64,000 bases of DNA from Podarcis erhardii. Taxonomy: Eukaryota. The stretch lies in the NCBI GenBank assembly GCA_964252035.1, contig OZ176213.1; one strand, given 5' to 3'. Made by a program: the position numbers and the translations under genes. The notes under the pieces were generated by a model. That model worked only from the letters and a program-made list of their open reading frames with translations. It was not told the origin of the DNA and did not search any database. Positions 24,401-37,044 of the stretch are shown piece by piece (within the stretch, counting starts at the first letter, position 1; each line of letters opens with the position of its first letter).

Positions 24401-27400
24401 GTAAACACCATGATTGCACTAAGAACCTTGCGTAAGGTACACAGGCTAATCCACAGCCATGTGATAAGATCAAAGCTAGTTTGCAATACGTGGCATGACC
24501 CTCAAACAATCAGCAGAGATTCTTCAGCTATCCTGGGCAACAGCCTCCGTTAATCAGTTTACCAAGAGCCCACTAGGAGGAGGCATCCCCACAGTATGGC
24601 AGTTTGCTAGAGACAACTAATTTTTCCCTTCCTTTCTCCTCCTTTCCATAGGAGATGGTATGAATGCCTATGTGGCCTACAAGGTGTCAACACAGGTATG
24701 TCTTACACTCTTTCTTGGTAGCACCAAGTCCAATTAATGCAAAGTTCCTTTCAGTTGGCTTTCTGCTTAAATTGCCTTTCCGTTGGTATTGCACTGCAAA
24801 CCTTGGGTAGTCAATGCACTTTTCAATTGACTGATTACACACCAGTTTCTTTTCTTAGGGTAGCGCAGTCATTTCCCTTCCTACCCTTCCTATATTGATT
24901 GGTGCTGGCCTTACAGGGAAGCAGCAGAGGAGTCAGACTCCTGTGGCTTCCAGAGAGTACATTCTGAAGGAAAATACAGAAAACACAGTAAGATGCATCA
25001 AAAAGTTCAGAGGAAAGGCCTTCTCCCAACCCCAACCCCAGACACACATATCAAAGCATGATATAGAAAAACTGAACTTCTTAATAATAATAAAAATATT
25101 TTTGCATGATTGGAAACTATTTTAATAGGGGTGTGCAACCTCTTACACGAGTCTCTTCTTCAGCATGACAACATTCCAGTTAATGGCTAAGAAATAGAAC
25201 TTTAATACCTAGTTACACCAGCAGACTGTTCAACTACAGCTTTGCTTTGCTCAGCTAAGGCCAACTTAAATTTCTGGAGCTGAGAGTTAAAGGACTTTTT
25301 TATGCTCACTTGGTTCTGGGTAAATCTCAGTAAGAGGGAAGCTCCTAACAGAAAGCTTTTCTTAATATTTTCCATGAATATCTCGAAGCGTCCGCTCTGG
25401 AATCTTTAGTCACATGCACATTTACTCAGTTTGGTTGATCAGTTAAAAGGCAATGAGTTGGTGAGTTAAATCTGCTCATCCTTTTGCAGCCCAGCCACAG
25501 TGCTGGTGGTTTCTGTTTCCAACCTGTGTTTCTCCTGTTCCTGCAAATGAGTAAACATATACTGGGCAGGATCCAAAGAGTTTCATGAGAGTCTTTGCTT
25601 CTGAACATAACTTCTTCATGCTGCATGGCAAACCATTTTTACAAGTTTTCTGGGGTGGAGGACAGTTTCATATGGTATACTCAAAGGGAAAGAAAGTGGC
25701 ATACACCAGGTCACAGCCTTATCTCAGTAGAATTATTGTATCCTGACCATGCCTGGGAACCTCTGGAGAGCAGTAGCTTCATCTCCATCATTGTCATTTT
25801 GTCTGAGTAAAAAATCAAGAAATATATAATTAATAATGTGAACTGTTCATTACCTTTACTATATGTAGTGCCTTTCATATTCTTATGGTACAATCCTAAG
25901 TATGTTTTACTCAGAGTTCAGTCCTCTTGTCTTCAAAGCAGTTTACTCCCAGGTAAGCAGTCAAAGGACTGCAGCATGTAAAATTCATGCTTGCCAATGT
26001 TGTGTGTTTTTCAGTTCTTTCAAAAAAAAAAGGGGGGGTGTGGTGGCAGCACAGCAGTGGCAAAGAATAGTTTATTTTTATAGCTTCAAGAATTCTGCAA
26101 GCAAAGCATCTCTATGCTTGTGTTTGTAAGATATAACTTGATACAGGATGCTCCATGTTAACGTGATGTCATTGTGTCCTCCTCAGACCACTTTGCCAAT
26201 GTTCAGGAATAAGCAGTTCTCTGTGAAGAGGAGATTCAGCGACTTCCTGGGCTTGTATGAGAAGCTATCAGAGAAGCACGCACAAAATGGATTCATCGTC
26301 CCCCCACCTCCTGAGAAGAGTTTGATAGGTGAGGTTGGTCAGTCGCTCTGCCAGCAACAACTCTGCAGACCTCTGTTCTCTGTTTTCAGTGCATCGTTGT
26401 AATTGAGGTGCCCTTGATACTGTGATCTTAACCTTTCCAAGGTTATTAACACTTAAAACAATGGACTTTTAAAAGCATAACACTGTGCAACAAGAAAGCA
26501 TCATCAGCCCACCTTGTCCTTGTGCGTGTAATTGTTGGTTGCTCTTTGTTTTGCAGAGAGCGATAAACACATAAGGCATACCTGACTTCCTTCCTAATAT
26601 TGCATCTCTGATACTGGTGAAGTTTCACTGCCTGCTTCAGTTTGCAGTTCTCTACTACTCTGCTCCAATACTCCATGTGCCTCTCTCAGCCTCTTGTAGC
26701 ACTTCTGCCTTTGGGCCCTACACAGAATGTTGTGGCCTTCTATAGAGAGCAATGCCCTTCTGGACACACAGTGTTCATGTGACCTGTGCTGTTGTCATAA
26801 TGCCTTTCTGGCTCTTTGACTTGCTCTGCAAGCACTGTTGGAGCCAGTTGCGCACAGTGCTTGCAGAGTGGAGAGCAGTTTTCTTCACATGGGTGCTCAG
26901 GTGCTGCACCGAGGACATGTTTGTCCTATTAAATCCACAGCGAGAGCAAGCTGAAGGTGCAGCACAGGTACAGCTGACCATATTGCTTCATTCTTGTTCC
27001 AGGAATGACCAAAGTAAAAGTTGGGAAAGAAGATTCTTCCTCCACAGAATTCCTAGAAAAACGTCGAGCTGCCTTAGAAAGGTAATCACTCCATGCATGT
27101 AACTGTCTGCTGTAGTTGACCGTTGTCAAAGGCCACAGTAAGCTGTTCACTTGGCCGACTCTGCTATGTAAAACTCTTTACTGAGGAAAAACCGCCATAT
27201 ATGGAGTCAGTTCATTGGTCCCTCTAGTATTCTCTGAATGGCAACAGCTCTCTCAATCCCCAAGCAGAGATCGCTCTGAGCCTTCCTAGCCATATGCCTA
27301 GGTGGGGTGATGGAAGTTGCCACCCAAAATATCTGGAGGGCACTAGGTTGGGGAAGGCAGCTATTGGGCTTTGACCCTTCTCCTTTGTGTTGTCAGAGGA

Positions 27401-30400
27401 GCAAATATTGAAAGCTTTGGAAGAAGTGCCTGAAATAATTCATAATACAAAACGCAGCCTCCTTTTCATTCTTGACCTCTGAGAAGAAATCCTCTGACTT
27501 CAACCTAATAAAGAAAATATCTCCTTTGCTTTCAAGCTGACTTTAACAAAGCATGCTTTTTCTTAAAATTCCTCAGGGTCATCATCCTGTGAATTTCCAT
27601 CAGTTATAAAACATTCTCAGTAACCATACCTAAACAAACAAACAAACAAACCTCTTCTAGCATGATCCTACTAGCTGAAGTTAAATTCTGATAAAAACAG
27701 GGGCTGGTAAAGATAATTAAAATCGAAAGCAGGTTCAGGTATCTCTCATCGGATAGGGAAGTGAGAGAGGAAGCAGGCACCGTTCCAGTTCTTGTTCTGC
27801 TTTGTTACACTTTTGCTATCAGTGATGCAGACTGCAAAAGGGTCACCTTCCTTTAATACATCACATGTTTTGCTCTATTACCTTTCCTTATCTAGGAGTG
27901 TGCCTCTCAAATGAGTTGGAGAGCAAACCTGCTAGCCAGCAGTTTTGGAGAGGCTGCACCCCATAGTCTTTCCCTGAATAAGTTACCTCTCTTGATGTTG
28001 GGAGTGGAGATGGCTAGAGCTTGGCTTCTGAAATTCAGCTCCAAAATGTCACCCTTGCACATCTTGCCTGATGCAGTGCTTTCACCAGCATTGCTGCTCC
28101 CCCAGTCTTCTGTCTCCCCCGCCAAGAGAAATCACACAGCTTGATTCCATCACCTGATTCTAAACCCAGAATCCCGCTGCTTGGCATCTAAAGAGCCGTT
28201 TTCAAGCTGAAACAGGCATCTTGCCCATCATGCCAACCTAAACATCCCTGTCATTCAAGTCTCCTTCTCCATTAACAGCTGCTGCCACCACACATTCCAA
28301 ACCATACTCCCTTAGTTGTGGATCCCGGCAAAATGCAAATTCCACACATTCCAATTGTCCTGAATGTTGTGATGTCAATGTGCATTCCCCGCCCCCTTTT
28401 AAAAAAATAAATGCTAAATGAAGGGAGCCTGGCCTCATACTTTCCTCTCCCGCAGGTATCTTCAAAGAACGGTCAACCATCCAACCATGCTGCAGGACCC
28501 AGATGTCAGGGAATTCTTGGAAAAAGATGAGGTTGGTTTGCTGCCGTACCTGAGTGCACAATACTTGTCTGCAAAGTGTTTCTGCACTTGGGGCCTGGTT
28601 TATTTATCCAACATAGTTTATTTGGTAAAACGCTTGAGGAATTCGTTTTGTAGATGTTCTCAGTCGGAACGAACTTCTACTCTCGGACACATTGGTGAGC
28701 TGCAGAGGAGGCAGAAAGGCACAAACCTCTTCTCACAGCTTCTCTGTCAAAACAGAGAAACCACTTGAGTGTTCTCCCTCTGGTCAGCTGCTCTTGGGCC
28801 ACTCAGTCTTGCAGCAATTTGATGAGCGACATGTGACACCTGATACAGATTGACTGGGACTTACTCCATGCCACTTCAGACTGTTCTTCCTGGAGTGGGG
28901 CTGAGGAGTTTCTGATGGCATAGGGATTGCTAGATGCATAAACACTGAGGGGAGGTTGTTGTTTTTTTAATGGTCTTGTGCTCCAGCCCTAAGCTCTTGA
29001 GGTCCCTTCCTTATGCAAGCCTTGTGATTCATTTTTGTCAGTATTCTTTGGGTGGTATTCAGCAAAGTTTACTTGGAGCACAGCCATTGAAATGAATGGA
29101 GCTAACTTAGTTAACTTTCTCCTTTTGCAGTTGTGTAGGGCTAATATGGGACACAGGTGGTGCTGTGGGTTAAACCACAGAGCCTAGGGTTTGCTGATCA
29201 GAAGGTCGGCGGTTCGAATCCCATGACAGGGTGAGCTCCCGTTGCTCGGTCCCTGCTCCTGCCAACCTAGCAGTTCGAAAGCACATCAAAGTGCAAGTAG
29301 ATAAATAGGTACCGCTCCAGCGGGAAGATTAACGGTGTTTCTGTGCGCTGCTCTGGTTCGCCAGAAGCGGCTCAGTCATGCTGGCCACATGACCCGGAAG
29401 CTGTATGCCGGCTCCCTTGGCCAATAAAGCAAGATGAGCATCGCAACCCCAGAGTTGTCCGTGACTGGTCCTAATGGTCAGGGGCCCCTTTACCTTTACT
29501 AGGGCTAATATTAGACACTTCAATGCATAGCATGGCCACAGCTTCTTCTCTTTGTTGCTCTCTGTAGTCGTAACCAACTTCTCAGCAAATAGGCTTAGTT
29601 TCAATCCTCTGGTTTCGTGCTGAGGCATCATGGCTTGTTTCTGCTTTCCTTCCCCACTGGTTCTGGTTTGAAATTAGGCTTTCCGGTCAATGTGTGGTTT
29701 TTTGGTGAATTCTCACCACAAAAGTTGCCTAGTTGTATCATGTTCTCCTTTTTTTAAAAAAAGGAAAGAAAGCAAGTTCTAGTCTCTATACACAGTTCAC
29801 AAATCATAAATAAGTACCCATATGTTCAGGGAACACTTGGAATGTGTTCTAGGAATGGGACTGTAACAATATCCCTCCATTGCTTCCAAGTCATGGGCTT
29901 GTATTCCTAGCAGCTCCGGAAGCATGATTTATTATTAGGTCTACTGGTTTTACTTGTTTCCCAAAGGCATTTGGGCCACTTGGGGTTTACCTATATACCT
30001 GAAGGAGCGTCACCGCTCCATCGTTCAGCCTGGACACTGAGGTCCAGCTCCAAGTGCCTTCTGGAGGTTCCATCAATGCAAGAAGTGAAGTTACAGGGAA
30101 CCAGGCAGAGGGCCTTCTCAGTAGTGGCACCCACCCTATGGAACACCCTCCCATTAGATGTCAAACAGATAAATAAATATACCACTTTCCATAGACATCT
30201 GAAGGCAGCCCTGCATTGGGAAGCTTTTAATGTCTGGTATATTTTGTGTTCTTTTATACAGTGGTGCCTCGCAAGACGAAAAGAATCCATTCCACGATTC
30301 TCTTCGTCTAGCAGTTTTTTCGTCTTGCGAAGCAAGCCCATTGACAGCTTAGCGGATTAGCACTATTAGCGGCTTAGCGGCTTAGCGGATAAGCGGTTTA

Positions 30401-33400
30401 GCGGCTTAGAAGAAGGGGGGAAAACCCGCAGGAACTCGCAAGACATTTTCGTCTTGCGAAGCAAGCCCATAGGGAAATTCGTTTTGCAAAGCGCCTCCAA
30501 AACGGAAAACCCTTTCGTCTAGCGGGTTTTCCGTCTTGCGAGGCATTCGTCTTGCGGGGCACCACTGTACTCTGTTTGTAAGCCGCCCAGAGTGGCTGGG
30601 TCACCCCAGTCAGATGGATGGGGTACAAGCAATTACTATTACTATGATTGTTACTGGGTTGTTCACTGAGCAGCCTTATTGGAGGAGGATGCTAATCTTT
30701 AGCAGGCGATTGGATCAGATGAGGTCTTGATGCCTTCTTGTACTCTGAGAGGCCTCCTCAGCTGTTGGGCCCAGCTATCATGAAACTGGAAGAGAACAAG
30801 ATTAGAACCTTATAAGATTTCAAGAGCTACTCCCGTGTCCAGCACAATATGACATGTTAGCAGCTGCACAATAAACCCCTCTTCCCACCTGGTGGTCCAT
30901 CCCAGCTGACTAGTACGTAGCATGGAAAGAAAACAGCAAGTGGGCCAGACAGTCTCTTTCCAAAGCAGGGACCCAGTCCCAGGAGGCAGTTTCTATATGG
31001 GAAGAAACACCATTCACAACTGATGGGTCTCGGAGCTCCTTTTCTGTTTTACAAGAGGCTTTTCCTAGTGCAGAATACAGGCTGATGCTTCCATTTTCTG
31101 AACTGTATGGAACTCAGGGATATTTTCTGCCAAACATTGCTGCCTGCCTCTGTTTGGAATCTCTCTGGTACCCATTTACACTTCATGCTTCTTTCATGGC
31201 CTCTTAATATAAGACTTCAAGTAGCTCAGTTTGTCAGTGCTGTAGATCAAGGGTAGGCAACCTAAGGCCCGGGGGCCGGATGCAGCCCAATCGCCTTCTT
31301 AGTCTGGCCTGTGGACGGGCTGGGAATCAGTGTGTTTCTACATGAGAAGAATGTGTCCTCAGTTAAAATGCATCTCTGGGTTATTTGTGGTGCATAGGAA
31401 TTCGTTCATTTCCCCCCAAAAGATATAGTTCGGCCCTCCACAAGGTCTGAGGGACAGTGGACCAGCCCACGACTGAAAAAGGTTGCTGACCCCTGCTGTA
31501 GATGATCAAGCTCTACTCTCCCTACAGTTGCCACGAGCAGTTGGCACTCAGACCCTGAGTGGAGCTGGACTTCTGAAGATGTTCAACAGAGCTACTGATG
31601 CCGTCAGCAAAATGACCATCAAGATGAATGAGTCGGACATCGTAAGTTTTTAACAGCTGTATGTTTGACATAAATGTATTTCTTTGGGGAGTGTTTGTGG
31701 AAGTGAATACCTATCTCAGGGGTTGCCAACATGGCGGCTTCCAGATGTTGGCGGACCACAACTTGCACCATCCCCGAGTATACCATGCTAACTGGGGCTC
31801 ATGGGAGTTTAACAGCATCTGGAGGGCACCACACTGGTGTTTCCAGGCCTAGCTGGATATTGCATTGACTTCCCTTAAAATGAGACCTTGATGGTTTTAC
31901 CTCTTTCAGTGGTTTGAAGAGAAGCTTCAGGAGGTAGAATGTGAGGAGCAGCGCCTGCGGAAGCTACATGCTGTTGTAGAACTGCTAGTTAATCACAGGA
32001 AAGGTAACGTCGCAATTCACTGTCATGGACTGGTTGGGCGCAGGTGGGAGGAACCAGTTGGGGAACCACCAAGCAGAGAAGGTGGTGGGACAATAATGAG
32101 TGGTCAGAAGGAAGAAGACTGAGAAGAGGTAACAGGACGTGGTGAGCTGACAGGCTGTGGCAGAGAGCAGTCCAGAATCAGAGGCAGAAGCTGAAGCAGG
32201 GGAGGAGGGAGTCCAGGAGGCAGAGATGAGTCAGGCTCATGAAGAGTCACAAGTGTTTCCCCCTCCTGCTGCAACAAGCTTCCCCCCATCTCCTAGAACC
32301 AGAAGAGGCAGGAAAAGGGCAGAGGAGAGGTTGGATTCACACAGGCACAGTCTCTAATTGCTTGGGGAAAACCCTGGAGAGGAGGGCACCTAGGCAGCCG
32401 TGAAGAGGTGGGGACTTTCAGTCTCTGCAACTGACCATAGGGCAAGATCTACCAGGGATGAACTGCTGTGCTCATGAGGCCTGATGCTCCGCCAAGTTTG
32501 TGCAGATCATATTTTTGCTAATAAAGAGTTAACTCCATCTTGCACAGTGTGATTACGGTGGGCTCGCTCCTGGCACCTGCTTTGTAAAGCTGAAAAACTA
32601 TGCAAGACTTCTATAGATCTCTGTGCAGCATCTTGAGCATGCAAATCACAGCTCAGCAACCTTTTTTCAATCCAAACTTGCACATTCCCTTCTGGGCAAC
32701 CTTCCAGGGGCTACTGAAGGCAAAGAGCTTCCAGGAGCATGGGAAGCTGCCACGTGGCAAATGGCAACATGCAATTATTGGCATAACATGTGGCAAACTG
32801 TAATCCAGGTCCTTACTTTCTGTAGCATCTTCAGTCTCCAGCTGCGGCATATCCCAAAATACCAAACGGTGAGGTGCAGGCCAGTGGATTGTGTAACCAA
32901 TTGCTGCATCTCCAGCAGTGATCTTTGGCTGGCTTAGTTTCTCACGTTTCCTGCTGCGCTTAATGCTTTCTGTTCCACCCACCAGAACTGTCAATGAATA
33001 CGGGTCAGTTTGCCAAGAGTTTAGCCATGCTGGGGAGTTCAGAGGACAACACCGCCATGTCCCGGGCGCTCTCCCAGCTGGCTGAGGTGGAAGAGAAGAT
33101 TGAACAGCTGCACCAAGAACAGGCCAACAGTGACTTCTTCCTCCTGGCTGAGCTCCTGAGTGACTACATTCGCCTTCTTTCTGTTGTGAGGGTGAGAATG
33201 CTTTGACAAGAAGCTTAAATGTGTTGATGTGTAATGCCTATGTTCCCTGTCATGGGCTTGAGAGCCCCAGTCCTGCTGCATTCAGAATGCTTCCAGGCCT
33301 GGCCCCAGAATCTTGAGATACAAACAATAAGTCTGTGCTCTGAATAAACCCAGGTGTGTCGTTGTACACAAGTTAGGACCAGGCAGAGGGCCTTCTCGGT

Positions 33401-36400
33401 AGTGGCACCTGCCCTGTGGAACGCCCTTCCGTCAGATGTCAAAGAAATAAACAACTATCTGACTTTTAGAAGGCATTTGAAGGCAGCCCTGTTTAGGGAA
33501 GTTTTAAATGTTTGATTCTATTTTTAATATTATGTTGGGAGCCACCCAAAGTGGCTGGGAAAACCCAGCCAGGTGGGTGGGGCATAAATAATAAATTATT
33601 GTTACTGTTAATTAATTAATTAGCTGCCTTTGCAATGCTACTGTTCTTGACTGGGCTGTTCAGCGAGCTAATATTAAACAAGGGCATTTTAAATTGTCTC
33701 TAGCCATTCCCATGATCCCTTCATTCAGATTCCAGAATAGCAATGAGTCTGTGGGTAATCAAACCAACAACTCTCTGCTATTCTGGCATTGATGACTGTG
33801 GAACACCCAGGTCTCATCCTGCTGTTCCACAGATCACAACATGTGTTGGAGGTGGAGGGAGGTACCAATTTTTATTTTTATTTTTCAAATTTATAACAAA
33901 ACAGTGCCAAATTAAAACTAATAATCATCATCAACCTTTATTACGGTCCAGAGACCCAACAAAAACACATTTTTATCAAAAACGGGCTTCCCATTCTCTC
34001 AGATATTTCTATTATTTCCCCTTTTAAATGCTGCTTATTTTCCAGATTTATCTCTAATTAACATCCTTTTTTAAGCAAATTTCTCAACCATCAGCTGTCT
34101 CATTACCGACTCCTGCATATAGATAAAACAAAAGTATATCAGATAACAACAAGTGAGGTTATAGTAATTTAAATCTTTCATTTTTCTTTCTAAGTTTCAT
34201 GTAACTGCATTTTCTTACCCCGAAAGTTACTGTCCTCTGCCTGCTTGCACAGTCATTCCCACAGAAACTCTTCTTTTCCATCTTAATTTATATGCAAACT
34301 CAATTCTTTCCTTTTCAACGTGTTTTCATTTGAGTTACCAGCCTCCCAAGGCCATTTCTTACATTCCACTGAAGATGCAGCATTTACAGCCGGCCATTGT
34401 CTCGGAATTGTACCATACGTTGGAGGGTCTTTTGATGCTCTGATTTAACCTATTGTTGTGTGTGGTGTTGCCTGGTGGAGGAGAGACTCGTTCTGAAGGT
34501 GTGCCCTTCCCTGCCAACAGGGTGCCTTTGACCAGCGGATGAAGACCTGGCAACGCTGGCAGGATGCCCAGATCATGCTGCAGAAGAAACGAGAAACGGA
34601 GGCTCGGCTGCTGTGGGCCAACAAACCCGACAAGCTTCAGCAAGCCAAAGAGGAGATCTCAGAGGTGAGAGGGACACCCAAACCTGACGGGTCTCCTCTC
34701 TCCATCCCTGCTGGTGTGTGTCTCCCTATCCTAATAAGCCCCGAGGAACCCAGAAGGGTTATTTGAACCAAATCTTCATCTGTAAGCAAGGAGAGACGGC
34801 ATGGTTCTTTCTGAGATGAGCCCCTCCAGTGAGCGGGGAAACCCGATGGTTTTAACAAAAGCCTTATCTTTATATATCTGCTTACATGTCTGTTCTAGGG
34901 TGTTGTGTAGTGGCAGGTTGTGTGTAATGAAGATGTACACACACACTTCTGCATCATGACAATCTGTCCTTTTCACATTTCTGCAGTGGGAATCTCGTGT
35001 GACGCAATATGAGCGAGACTTTGAACGAATATCTGCAGTTCTCCGGAAGGAGGTGTTGCGGTTTGAGGTATAGAACTTGCATTAAGCGCATTGGAACCCC
35101 TTTAACTTGACAGTTTAACACGGCGCTGGCAGACCGGGGAACTGGTTTCCTACCACTCTGAACTGAGATATTGCTGGGTGGGGGAAGTTGAGAGGTCTCA
35201 TAACTAGGTTTGACTTGGATGCTGCTTTCATTGCCCTTAATTTGATAAACTTTGCCCTAAAGCAGATACACAGTAGTTGGTAGTCTCTGTGTCAAGGAAA
35301 GCTAAAGATTTGGATATGACTCAATGCTTTAACATGGAGGTTTCAGTTTCCATTGCAAAGCAGCTCCAGGAAATGCTGGTCAGTTTTCCCGTGATCGCTT
35401 GTGAGACTGGGCTGCAGGTATTTAGGTGGCTTCAGAATCTAGCGTGAAACAGACCTGTTGGCTTGATTTTGCTGGGCAAAACTGCAACAGGCAACAGCTA
35501 GGTGTGAATCTATTGTTGGATCTTTTGGTGATTCTGCAGTAGATAAGCTAAGGTTTCTGGTTTACGTTTAGCAGGAGCAACAGCAAAAAGCCTTTTTCTA
35601 GATTGGGCTGCTTTAAAAGAACAGCACTGCTTTGGGGAGAAGCTGGTGTAGATGCTGCAGTGTAAGTTCCGAGCTTCAGTACTAGTACTAAAAACCAGTT
35701 CCTCGGCAGGCACCCTACTAGTTCTGAGTACATATCTGCCTCCTTATCTAATTGCTATTGTGCACCTGCCTTTGGTGCAAGGTTTTGGCTAGAAATCAGG
35801 TAGATCTGCAAACCGTATGCCTGCCTGTTCCTGCTGCTGTTCTGTTACAGTAAGATAATTTCTGTAGCATCTTGGGGGTTGATTGGTTTTGTGGCATCAA
35901 TAGGCAAAGCTTGTTTTTGTTTGTTTAATTGGGCATGCAGCTGTTTACAAAGCAGGATGCCTTCAGTATCAAGCCAAATCCTAGTGCCTGATATCTCATA
36001 AGGGACTCGCTACAACCTCTTGTTGGGATGGTTAAGTCTTCATTATTATTATTCTTTTACATCCTTTGTCTACAGAAAGAGAAAACAAAAGATTTCAAAA
36101 CTCATGTGACCAAATACCTGGAGACGCTGTTACATTCGCAGCAACAGGTGAGGGAGCAATCAGCCATGTACATCTTCCCTTGCCTTTCATCATTTGCCGG
36201 CTATTTATCCCAGGAGACACCTTGCAGAACAACGCAACCCAGTGAAATGCTCATCTGTCTTGTTAGAGTTGCCCTGCTTTTGCTCCTATCCAGTACATAA
36301 TGCAAGTGGGATCCCATATGAGAACGAAATCCAGTGGACCACAAAGTATAGCTGCCCTGTGGCCCTTCAATACAGACTCTCTCCAGTGCATTACACAAGG

Positions 36401-36676
36401 CAGAGCACAGCTGTATGTTCTTGCCTAAAGAAAGATGTCCCAGCAGCTTGCAGGGCCATGTTGATTACCCACATAAAAAGAATTAAGGAAGGGAACAAAG
36501 CCCTTCAGTGGCCAAAGTCCTTGGTGGGTGGTAAAAGCGGGTGGCGGCGTTACCAGATACTTTTAGATGAGCAGCTTGTGTTTTCCTTTGCTGACATTTC
36601 CTCCTCTTTCTTGTGTCCTGTGCAGTTTGTGAAGTACTGGGATGCATTCCTACCGGAGGCAAAGGCCATCTCCTAA
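15159..36676 (+). CDS. SNX1: Sorting nexin-1 (PX + BAR domains), complete, 15 coding exons, 509 aa
   Basis: Exons 15159-15278, 18902-19004, 20565-20701, 21891-21957, 24652-24695, 26187-26328, 27003-27081, 28456-28531, 31528-31641, 31910-32003, 32986-33191, 34521-34664, 34987-35067, 36076-36147, 36626-36676 (1530 nt, all GT-AG, in phase). Peptides: [33 protein letters not shown] motif [33 protein letters not shown] region [13 protein letters not shown]-terminus [14 protein letters not shown]. Confidence 0.97.
15618..15826. other. Assembly gap (209 N)
   Basis: Run of N. Confidence 1.
17672..17990. mobile_element. Tigger-like MITE (family D)
   Basis: TA-CAGTGGTGC...GCACCACTG-TA; internal TAGCGG repeat array. 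Confidence 0.85.
20733..21070 (-). mobile_element. Sauria SINE, full length, 14-bp TSD plus 5' inverted flank copy
   Basis: Head and (ACCTTT) tail present; TSD TGTCTAGTCATATA at 20719-20732 and 21120-21133. Confidence 0.9.
21251..21492. mobile_element. Tigger-like MITE (family A)
   Basis: TA-CAGTGGTACCTCGGGTTA...TAACCCGAGGTACCACTG-TA. Confidence 0.9.
29148..29499 (+). mobile_element. Sauria SINE, full length
   Basis: TSD TAGGGCTAATAT at 29136-29147 and 29500-29511; tail CCTTTACCTTTAC. Confidence 0.9.
29990..30650 (+). mobile_element. L2 LINE 3' end (interrupted by a MITE)
   Basis: [39 protein letters not shown] (L2 ORF2 C-terminus); simple-repeat tail near 30630. Confidence 0.75.
30259..30567. 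mobile_element. Tigger-like MITE (family D) nested in the L2 3' end
   Basis: TA-CAGTGGTGC...GCACCACTG-TA; L2 sequence on both sides. Confidence 0.85.
31248..31495. mobile_element. hAT-Charlie-type MITE, 248 bp
   Basis: Ends CAAGGGTAGGCAACC / GGTTGCTGACCCCTG; 8-bp TSD CTGTAGAT at 31240-31247 and 31496-31503. Confidence 0.85.
31722..31850. repeat. Short palindromic dispersed repeat (MITE-like); degenerate copies at ~10430, 41845, 46160, 47410, 50365, 53030, 55560
   Basis: CCAGATGTTG..GGAC.ACAAC..CA.CATCC / GGG..ATGGGAGTT..CAGCATCTGG hairpin-like arms. Confidence 0.55.
32021..32575 (+). mobile_element. Possible solo LTR in SNX1 intron 10
   Basis: TGTCA...TGGCA ends, purine-rich body, AATAAA at ~32519-32524 about 50 nt before the 3' end. 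No TSD found, so boundaries are uncertain. Confidence 0.5.
33365..33610 (+). mobile_element. L2 LINE 3' end
   Basis: Same family as the 29990 copy ([17 protein letters not shown]). Confidence 0.75.
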
Positions 36677-37038
36677 CCAGGCCAAGCAAACTCATGCAAC
36701 CTGGACTGATTCTGCCTTTACTACATTATACCTCTTGGCCTTTCAGATGGATCCTGCAGAGCTGATAGACTCCACAAGCAAAGCAGCAGTTTCCCCAGCT
36801 AGTAACTCTTCTTCTAACTGTATATTTTTTCATTTAGGTTCATATATATACACACACACACAAACAAACACACACACATATATATATTTTCCTATTGAAG
36901 AGACTAGTCCCCTGCTTAACAAGCCAAGACCCGCTGTAGGGAGCGGAGAATGGGCAGGGGTTATTGTGTATTTTTTGGACTTTGGTATTGGACCCAGGAA
37001 TGCTTCCTGCGACTCCTGTGGTGCCATGACGACTATGT

Positions 37039-37044
37039 AATAAA
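37039..37044 (+). terminator. Candidate SNX1 poly(A) signal
   Basis: First AATAAA noted downstream of the SNX1 stop, about 360 nt after it. Confidence 0.45.

Noticed and set aside
32157-32357. 66-aa acidic/SPRTRR ORF as a small gene
   Set aside because: It lies inside the purine-rich LTR-like element, is low complexity and has no splice support.
33865-34360. AT-rich segment with a T-rich left end (similar at ~43770-44100) as L1 3' ends
   Set aside because: Plausible, but I could not define a TSD or a convincing ORF2 motif, so it is not listed as a feature.
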